A stretch of 64,000 nt of DNA. Origin: Octopus vulgaris. Taxonomy: Eukaryota. Below the pieces are notes generated by a model. The model was not told where the DNA came from and ran no database searches. It worked only from the letters and a program-made list of their open reading frames with translations. A program made the position numbers and the translations under genes. Of the stretch, positions 54,920-64,000 are shown in pieces (within the stretch, counting starts at the first letter, position 1; every line of letters begins with the position of its first letter). The DNA is taken from assembly GCA_951406725.2 (NCBI GenBank), contig OX597837.1, forward strand, positions 41,478,001 through 41,542,000, given 5' to 3'.

Positions 54920-55189
54920 ATATATTTATCAAAAGAAAAACAGGATGCAAAGGGTTTTGCGGTACATATGTTTCTGGCTTTATTGAACAATTTATATCAA
55001 TGCATAATTGATATAATATGTAGGTCAACAGCCTTCTTCAGTCGCTGTTGTGTCTTTGGTGTGGTAATTGTACGCGGCTGAAGAAGGCAGTTGACCTACA
55101 TGTTATATCAATTATGCATTGATATAAATTGTTCAATAAAGCCAGAAACATATGTACCGCAAAATCCTTTGCATCCTGTTTTTCTTTTG

Positions 55190-55199
<10 letters not shown>
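54920..55199. repeat. 126 bp-arm palindrome (28 nt spacer) made of two opposed type I hammerheads
   Basis: + copy GCGG-CTGAAGA(55078)-AGGC...GCCA-GAAA(55145)-CATATG-TA-CCGC. Confidence 0.85.
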
Positions 55200-55230
<31 letters not shown>

Positions 55231-55232
<2 letters not shown>

Positions 55233-55745
55233 TGCAGGGGCCGCTTTGTGGTAAGAAGATTGCTTCCCAACCACAATGTTCCGGGGTCCCACTGCTTGTC
55301 ACCTTGGGCGTGTGTCTTCTACTCTGGCCTCATGCCGATCTAATCATTGTGAGTGGATTTGGTAGATGGAAATTTAAAGAAGCCCGTCGTGCATATATAT
55401 ATATATGACAGAATAGGCACATAAGCTTAAAATATACTGTACTTGATCTAATTGCCTAAAACCTTCAAATTAACACTCCAGTATGGTCGTAATCCGATGA
55501 CTGGGGTATGTAAAGGAATTAAAGAATAAAAGTTCATTTAGATAACTCTGTTCTAAATATACTTCGTCCCGGTTGCTCTCGAACCATGTTTGATTAGGTT
55601 TGTCCTTGCGACCGGTGTAGGTTTCTTTACGTCCCTATAAATTAGAAGTTCGGCAAAACGAGACCGAATAAGAACCGGGAGTTAAATAAGTATTAGGGGC
55701 GAGTTATTCGATTAAAATCTTCGAGGCGGTGCCCCATGGTTAACG
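55231..55745 (+). mobile_element. Diverged SINE family A pieces
   Basis: Head at 55231-55390 and degraded tails. Confidence 0.7.
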
Positions 55746-56154
55746 GCCACCGCCACCACCACCACCATTACCAACACCACTACTACTACTACCAGCACCA
55801 CAACCACAACTAACATGATTACCACTACCATCACCACTACCATCACCATCACAACCACTACCAACACAATGTTTTCATAATACACAAACACATACACAAA
55901 TACATACACATGATTACTCGCACACTAACACGTGCACACACAAACACACAAGCCCACACGCAAACACGCACGGTTGCTCAGACATACACGGACATACACA
56001 CACACACACAGCACACACATACATACACGCACACACGCACTCACGCATGGACATTCATACGCACAGACACACACACACATATGAAAGCAATCCCTAAATA
56101 GAGAGAAAAATTGACCCACGGGGGGAGAGGAAGAGAAAGACATAAAGACAGTGA

Positions 56155-56173
56155 CAGAAAGAAAAAAAGAAAA

Positions 56174-56205
<32 letters not shown>

Positions 56206-56254
56206 AAAAGGAAGAGAAAGAAAGAAAGAAAGAAAGACAGACAGACAGACAGAC

Positions 56255-56293
<39 letters not shown>

Positions 56294-56399
56294 GATAGAA
56301 AGAGAGAAAGAGAGAAAGAAAGAAAGAAAGAAAGGAAGAAAGAACGAAAGAACGAAAGAAAGAAGGATAGAAAGAAAGAAAGAAAGAAAGAAAGGAAGT

Positions 56400-56466
<67 letters not shown>

Positions 56467-56490
56467 GGAGAGAGAGAGAGAAAGACAGAG

Positions 56491-56549
<59 letters not shown>

Positions 56550-56593
56550 GAAAGAAAGAAAGAAAAGAAAGAAAGAAAGACAGACAGACAGAC

Positions 56594-56682
<89 letters not shown>
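56155..56682. repeat. (GAAA)n array
   Basis: Directly visible. Confidence 0.95.
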
Positions 56683-56683
<1 letters not shown>

Positions 56684-56910
56684 TGAATTCGATTTGTACA
56701 AGATGGCGTAATAGGCAAATATTCAACCGAGAAACGACTTTAAATAAATATATATGGATCGTAAGGAGTCGGAAATCCATAATATTTATTTTAATATATA
56801 TATATACGTGTGGGTGCTGTTCTGAGTTTATACACGTTTTCTATAACGATTCACACGTGTATGGTGCTACAAACGTATGTATGCATGCATATGTGTATGT
56901 GGGTATGTAT

Positions 56911-56981
<71 letters not shown>

Positions 56982-57253
56982 TATGAGTGTGTGTTTGTAG
57001 GTATTTACGTATTACGCTGCGCATTGTAGTTTTGTAAGATGGACTGGATATTATTGAATTATGATGTGTGTGTGTGCATGTGTGTGTGTGTGTGTACGTG
57101 GGTGTGCATGTGTGTGTATTTGCACACACACACACATATATACACACATACATACAAGCATGCACGTATACTTAAATATTGATATGTGCTTATGTGTAGT
57201 TATTAGGAAGACGAGAGAAAAAATAAATACATACATACATATATATATATATA

Positions 57254-57293
<40 letters not shown>

Positions 57294-57305
57294 CATATAT
57301 ATATG

Positions 57306-57338
<33 letters not shown>

Positions 57339-57346
57339 TATTTTAT

Positions 57347-57407
<61 letters not shown>

Positions 57408-57482
57408 GGGAGAGAAAGTGAGAAGTGAGAGTGATAAAAAGGAGAGAGAGACAGGTGGACTCTGAGAGAGAGAGAGAGAGGA

Positions 57483-57543
<61 letters not shown>

Positions 57544-58139
57544 CAGAGAGCGAGAAAAAAGGGAAAGAGAGAGACACAAAGATTGAGTGAAAGCGAGAGA
57601 ACAGTTGCCTGTGTACCCAGTCTGTACCCAGACAAATCGATAAGTTTAAGGAACAGGAACACAGCAAGAACACAAGAACAGGACACCCCATATTCGAGTT
57701 GAAAGGATTATCAAAACTCTTTGACGTCGACCATAAATTACGAAACAATGACAGTTCTTTCATATCCATGAAGTTTTCAAGAATTAACTACCCTAGGTTT
57801 CATATTGTTTCTCTTTTACCGACAACTTTTGTTATTTATTGATTTTTTTCTTCGTTTATTTATTTTATTTATTTTATTTGCTGTATTTATTTTGTTTTGT
57901 TTTTGTTTTGTTTTTTCGCTTTTATACTTTTTTTGTTTTTTTTTCCTGATGGCCATATTTCAATATTTTGATGGAGTTTGTCAATTAAAATCCACTTTTT
58001 TGTTTTCTTTTGGGTTTTTTCTTTTTTTTTTTGGTTTTTCTTTGCGAGCGTTCAATATTTTAGCCGATGTTCCTCCGATGTTGAAACAGTGGTATCAGTG
58101 TTGTTGTTGTTCTTCTTCTCCTACTTCTTCGTCTTCTTG

Positions 58140-59117
58140 TTGGTGATGGTGGTGGTCGCCGTCGTCGTAGTGGTATACAAACGGCTTTTGTGATGTTGGC
58201 GTTGGCGCTAGTTTGTTATTCTTACAAACGTCATTGGCGGTGGTTGCACCGTTGGTAATGGTGGTGGTTGCGTTCGTAGTGGTAAAGGTTTATGGTATTG
58301 TGGTAATGGTGGCGGTGGTGGTGATGGTAGTGGTGGTGGTGGTGGTGGTGGTGGTGGTGGTTGCAGTAGTAGTAGTAGTGGTGGCGGCGGCGATGGTGGA
58401 GGCGTGTGGTTGTTAGTGTTGGTGGTGGTTGCAGTGGTAGTAGTGCTGGTGGGGGCGACGATGATGGCGACAGTATGGTTGGTGGTAGTGGTGGTGGTGG
58501 CGGTGGCGGCAGCGGCTACGGTAGTAGTGGTAGCAGTAGTGACGATGATTGTGGTGGTGGTGGTGGTGGTGGTGGTAGTGGTAGTGGTGGCGGCGGTGAC
58601 GATGATGGTGGCGGTGTGGTTGTGACAGTGTGGTGGTTGCGGGGGTAACGATGATGGTGGTGATGGTGATGGTGGTGGTGGTGATGTTGGTGTTGGTGGT
58701 GGTGGTGGTGGTGGTGGTGGTGGTGGTGGTGGTGGGGCGATGATGGTGGTAGTGGTGGTGGTAGTGGTTGTGTTAGTTGTGGTAGTCATGATGATGGAAG
58801 CGGCTGCGGTGGTGGTTGTGACGGTAGTGGTGGTAGCGTTGATGGTAGTCGTGGTGGTGGTGGAGGTTGTGGTATTGGTGTTGGTAGTAGTGGTCGTGTT
58901 AGTTGTGGTGATGGCGGTGTCGGTGGTATTCGTGGTGTTGATGCTAGTTGTGGTAGTGCTGTGGAGCCGGTGGTAAAGGTGATGATAGCGGCGACAGCAA
59001 CGGTGGCAGTGGTAGTATTGGAGCCTCGGTGGCAGCGACGGTGGCGGTGGACGGTATTATTGGTGGTGGGGTTGTATTAGTGGTGGGGAGGTGCTGGTGG
59101 TGCTGGTGGTGATAGTA
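58140..59117. repeat. (GGT)n-derived low-complexity region
   Basis: Directly visible. Confidence 0.9.
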
Positions 59118-59305
59118 GCATGCCGGACAAAATGCTTAGCGGCATTATGTCCGTCTTCACTTTCTAAGATCAAATTCCGCTGAGGTCGACTTTGCCTTTG
59201 ATCTTTTCGAGGTCGATGAAAGAAGTACCAGTTATGCACTGGGGTCGATGTAATTGGCTTCTCCCCACTCCCACCAAATTGCAGGCTTTATGCCTATATT
59301 AGAAA
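59118..59305 (+). mobile_element. SINE family B variant
   Basis: Meta-like core GAGGTCGACTTTGCCTTT..AAGTACCAGTT. Confidence 0.75.
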
Positions 59306-59506
59306 GGCCTATTTAATTTCTTCTTTTTTGTTTTTCTTTTTCTTTTTTGTTTTGATAATTAGAACCATAAAATTGTTTCATTTTAATTAAATAAAAATTA
59401 ATCATGTTATGAAAATTAAATCTAAATACCGCTGTTTATTTCTGTAAGTGGCATACTTTACATTTATATATATAGAAATATATTTCTATATATTCATCCA
59501 TCTACC

Positions 59507-59575
<69 letters not shown>

Positions 59576-59578
<3 letters not shown>

Positions 59579-59694
59579 GAGCATTGTTCGAAACGTCAAA
59601 GGCTTTTCCATTCTCCCCGAGCGTTAAACTAATACACCTGCTTGGTGTTCCTACACTTATCTTCGCTTGTTTTGTTTTCTGTAAATTTGAACTA
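59576..59694 (+). mobile_element. 5'-truncated PLE-like terminal fragment (partial HHR)
   Basis: GAGC ATT GTTC-GAAA-CG-TC-AAAG, then GAGCGTTAAACTAATAC as in 809-1003; preceded by (TA)n. Confidence 0.55.
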
Positions 59695-59806
59695 TACATA
59701 CATACACACACACATATATATATATGTATATATGTATATATATATATATATGTATGTATGTACGTATGTATGTATGCCTATACATGTATATACACACATG
59801 CGCGTA

Positions 59807-59854
<48 letters not shown>

Positions 59855-59958
59855 ATTATACATATATACATATATACAGGTATATATATATATGCATGTG
59901 TATATATATATGCATATATATGTATATGCATATATATGTATATGCATATATATGCATA

Positions 59959-60028
<70 letters not shown>

Positions 60029-60583
60029 GCCATTTATTAAAATAAACAACTGTATTTAATTTTAGTTTACACAGGGCCAATTTTTGTGTTTAATATGCAT
60101 ACATATTTATATAGAAACACATACAGATACGTATATCGGAAAACACACACACACACACAAACCCATGTATACACACACATGTAATATGCAACGTGTTTGG
60201 TGTGTTCCAGTAAGCATGGATGGGGTGTTCGATTTCCAGTGGAGCTGTTCTCTTTTTTAAATTTATGCTCTTAAAATGTCTTTTACGCTATTTATATTTC
60301 AAAATCTTGACCGTTTCTTTTACAGCGAATCATGCCAGCTAATTCACACTCCCGCTCGGTGCACACGTACAGATATACACACTCGCAGACACACAGATGT
60401 ATGTGTGTGTGTGTGTGTGTGCGTATGAGTGTGTATGTGTGTGTGTGTGCATATAATGCAATAAGGTGTGTGTGTGTGCATATAATGCAATAAGGTGTGT
60501 GTGTGTAAAGGAATAGACAGATAGAGAGAGAGAGATAAATAGATAGATTGATAGATAGATAGATACATACATACATATATACA

Positions 60584-60699
<116 letters not shown>

Positions 60700-60712
60700 C
60701 AAGCAGACAGAC

Positions 60713-60806
<94 letters not shown>

Positions 60807-60937
60807 GCAGACAGACAGGTATGTTTGCATAATTACATATTATATGCATATAATATATAATTATACATACATATACACATATATACATATGTACATACTA
60901 TAAATATAATGATTTATTATATATTATATATATATGT

Positions 60938-60973
<36 letters not shown>

Positions 60974-61025
60974 GTACATATATATGAATATATATAGATA
61001 CATAAAGTATTCATTATATATATAA

Positions 61026-61068
<43 letters not shown>

Positions 61069-61643
61069 CACACGCAGAGTGTATATAAGTTTATATACTG
61101 TATTGAATGTAATAGGTTCCATTGAATCAATGGCGTTAGTGTGACTTGTATTTCGTTTCATGTGTTTCTTTCATCAGTTTTACATAAACTCCAATTTTTT
61201 TTTTTCCTTTCTTATTCTTTTTTTTTCTTTTTTTTTTTTTTATATATGTTTTGTATAGTTTATATCTTTTATTAGGATTTCCTATAACTTTGGCAAAATC
61301 GTCTTCTGATGCCATACACAAATGTAAGAAATGTATCGATTATTTATTATTGTTTTGGCTTTTTCTTACTTTTTCCGCCCCCCCCCCCACCCCACCCCTT
61401 AACTAGTGTCCGTCTGGAAGCCATTACCGTTGGTCTTTTGAGAAATAAATTTATATCATCGTTTTTATATCGTTATTCGTTCGACATAAATACTGTTCTT
61501 AACCATTTTAGAATAAGCGATAGCAATATATGTGTTAGTCTGTGTCTCAAGAAATACATATACATATACGTGTGTCTGTGTGTCCTTTTGTTTGTGTGTG
61601 TTGCATTGCAATGTTTCATTTTTGTACGTTTTATTTTTCCTTT

Positions 61644-61685
<42 letters not shown>

Positions 61686-62277
61686 TGTCTCCGAAAGACT
61701 ATTTCAGATAACTGCTTCGTGTTTGAAGACAAAAATTTCTCTGAAGTTTCTTTAAGTTTTCGTAATTGGTTTATATCCCTGGCGACAATTGTATCTTCGG
61801 CATGTTACTTGATCTTACAACTTAGATATTTTGTAGTTCATGTTCTGTTTCAGACAAAGACAAATTGGCAAACGTAAGTCCCAAATGAGAACCCACTAAC
61901 ATTTCGTAAGTGTGAACGGACAAAGTGTTTTCTGGCGAAAACGCTTGTCAAAATTAATGGCGGTTTCAATTTTAGGTGGAAAAAAGCCAGTGAAGCCAAT
62001 TTTCTTGAGGATTAATTTATTCGCTATCATTACTCCATACACTTAGCATTATTGCCCCTAAATTAAACATTGCTGCCCCAAAATCTAAGTATTGCCCCTC
62101 ATCAGGTGTGATTGACATTTATCCAAAATTATTGTCCCTTTTGCTATTATCGTCCCTATATCAACCGCAGTGTCCCTATATCAGACATTACTCTCCCTAT
62201 ATAAAAAATTATTGTCTCCCTGCATCCAACATTATCGCCCTTACATCCATTATTATTGTTCCTACGTCCAACATTAG

Positions 62278-62602
62278 TGAAGGCGTGTGGCTTAGTGGTT
62301 AGGGCATTCGGCTCACGATTGTAACGTCGTGAGTTCAATTCCCGGCGACGCGTTGTGTCCTTGAGCAAGATACTTTATTTCACGTTGCTCCAGTCCACTC
62401 AGCTGGCAAAAATGAGTCGTACCTGTATTTCAAAGGGCTGGCCTTGTCACACTCTGTGTCATCATGCTGAATCTCCCTGAGAACTACGTTAAGGGTTACA
62501 TGTGTCTGTGGAGTGCTCAACCACTTGCACGTTAATTTCACGAGCAGGCTGTTCCGTTGATCGTATAAGCTGGGACCCTCGTCGTCGTAACCGACGGAGT
62601 GC
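62278..62602 (+). mobile_element. CORE-type SINE family D, full length
   Basis: GTGGCTTAGTGGTTAGGG A box, GAGTTCAATTCCC B box, CORE-like domain, tail T1. Confidence 0.9.
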
Positions 62603-62739
62603 TCCTATACGTCCAACATTATTTCCTATAGGGAACATTATTATCCCCTGTATCAAACATTATTGCCCTTTCCCCAACCATCCCTATGAAAACATTATTG
62701 TCCCCTACAAGAATGTATACATTCACCACTACCAACAAA

Positions 62740-63070
62740 ACCATCATCATAAGCACCATCATCAAAGCCATCATCACCATCACCATCACCATCATCACCA
62801 TCACCATCATCACCACCACCACCACCACTTCCACCACCACTACCGTCATTAGAATCATCACCACCATCACCACCCCCACCACATCTTCCCCACCGCTTCA
62901 TCATCATCATCATCATCACTATCATCATTATTATTATTACCAGTATCATTACCACCACCACCATCTTCCTCCCCACATTTTCATCGTCATCATCATCATC
63001 ATCATCATCGTCATCATCATCATCGTCATCATCATCATTATCATCATCATCATCGTCATCATCATCATCG

Positions 63071-63104
<34 letters not shown>

Positions 63105-63175
63105 AATCATCATCATCATCATCATCATCGTCATCATCATCATCGTCATCATCATCGTCATCATCATCATCATCG

Positions 63176-63231
<56 letters not shown>

Positions 63232-63256
63232 GTCATCGTCATCATCATCATCATCA
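62740..63256. repeat. (CAT)n/(CAC)n array
   Basis: Directly visible. Confidence 0.95.
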
Positions 63257-63520
63257 CTGTGACAAACAGAATGTTCATTGCTGACGTTTCTATTCTTAGC
63301 CCTGTCTGATGTTGTATCAGCCTCCTAACTTCTTTTTCATGTCTCCTCATCCTAATCCTCTCCCTCTTTGCCCACCACCACCTCCTCCTCCTGCACCTTC
63401 TCCGCAGCCTGCACGTCTTGCCTCTTCTCCCTCCTCCCCTCCCTCTCGTGTTACTGTTTTTCCTCGCTCGTCGCCGCAATCCCGTTGACAGCAAATCCGT
63501 TGTTGGTGACACAAACAACA

Positions 63521-63539
63521 ATGGCTGCTGTTTCGTACG
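63521..63539 (+). CDS. Candidate short first coding exon (MAAVSY-G)
   Basis: AACAACA-ATG-G start context and G|GTGAGC donor in a CpG-rich unique patch. Confidence 0.25.
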
Positions 63540-63554
63540 GTGAGCCGAGGAACA

Positions 63555-63626
63555 ACACACACACATATATATATATACACATGCACACATACACGATCAC
63601 TCAAATGCACGCGTGCGCACGCACAG

Positions 63627-63659
<33 letters not shown>

Positions 63660-63708
63660 CACATGCACACATACACGATCACTCAAATGCACGCGTGCGC
63701 ACGCACAG

Positions 63709-63741
<33 letters not shown>

Positions 63742-63790
63742 CACATGCACACATACACGATCACTCAAATGCACGCGTGCGCACGCACAG

Positions 63791-63823
<33 letters not shown>

Positions 63824-63872
63824 CACATGCACACATACACGATCACTCAAATGCACGCGTGCGCACGCACAG

Positions 63873-63903
<31 letters not shown>

Positions 63904-63952
63904 CACATGCACACATACACGATCACTCAAATGCACGCGTGCGCACGCACAG

Positions 63953-63983
<31 letters not shown>

Positions 63984-64000
63984 CACATGCACACATACAC
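63555..64000. repeat. ~82 bp minisatellite, more than 5 copies, runs off the window
   Basis: GATCACTCAAATGCACGCGTGCGCACGCACAG at 63595, 63677, 63759, 63841 and 63921. Confidence 0.95.

Noticed and set aside
55925-56780. Phe/Leu/Ser or Lys/Glu/Arg ORFs
   Set aside because: (GAAA)n artefact.

Overview
This is eukaryotic, almost entirely non-coding DNA, most likely from an octopus (inferred from the extreme (TA)n/(CA)n/(TACA)n/(GATA)n/(CAT)n/(GGT)n load and octopus-type tRNA-derived SINEs). Nearly all ORFs in the track are microsatellite artefacts. Supported content is: many copies of several SINE families; a decayed mariner transposon; two hAT-like MITEs; a tRNA-Gly(GCC) sequence that looks like a retrotransposed pre-tRNA fused to a LINE/SINE-type tail; and a few weak candidate exons of a + strand gene. 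The most notable signal is that many short 'unique' islands between (TA)n runs carry hammerhead ribozyme (HHR) motifs typical of Penelope-like element (PLE) ends. About a dozen are minimal type I HHRs, several as head-to-head palindromes. At least four copies, in three unrelated primary sequences, share a covarying, non-circularly permuted HHR in which the core pieces run UH -> GAAA -> CUGANGA. All structures were read by eye and none has been tested.
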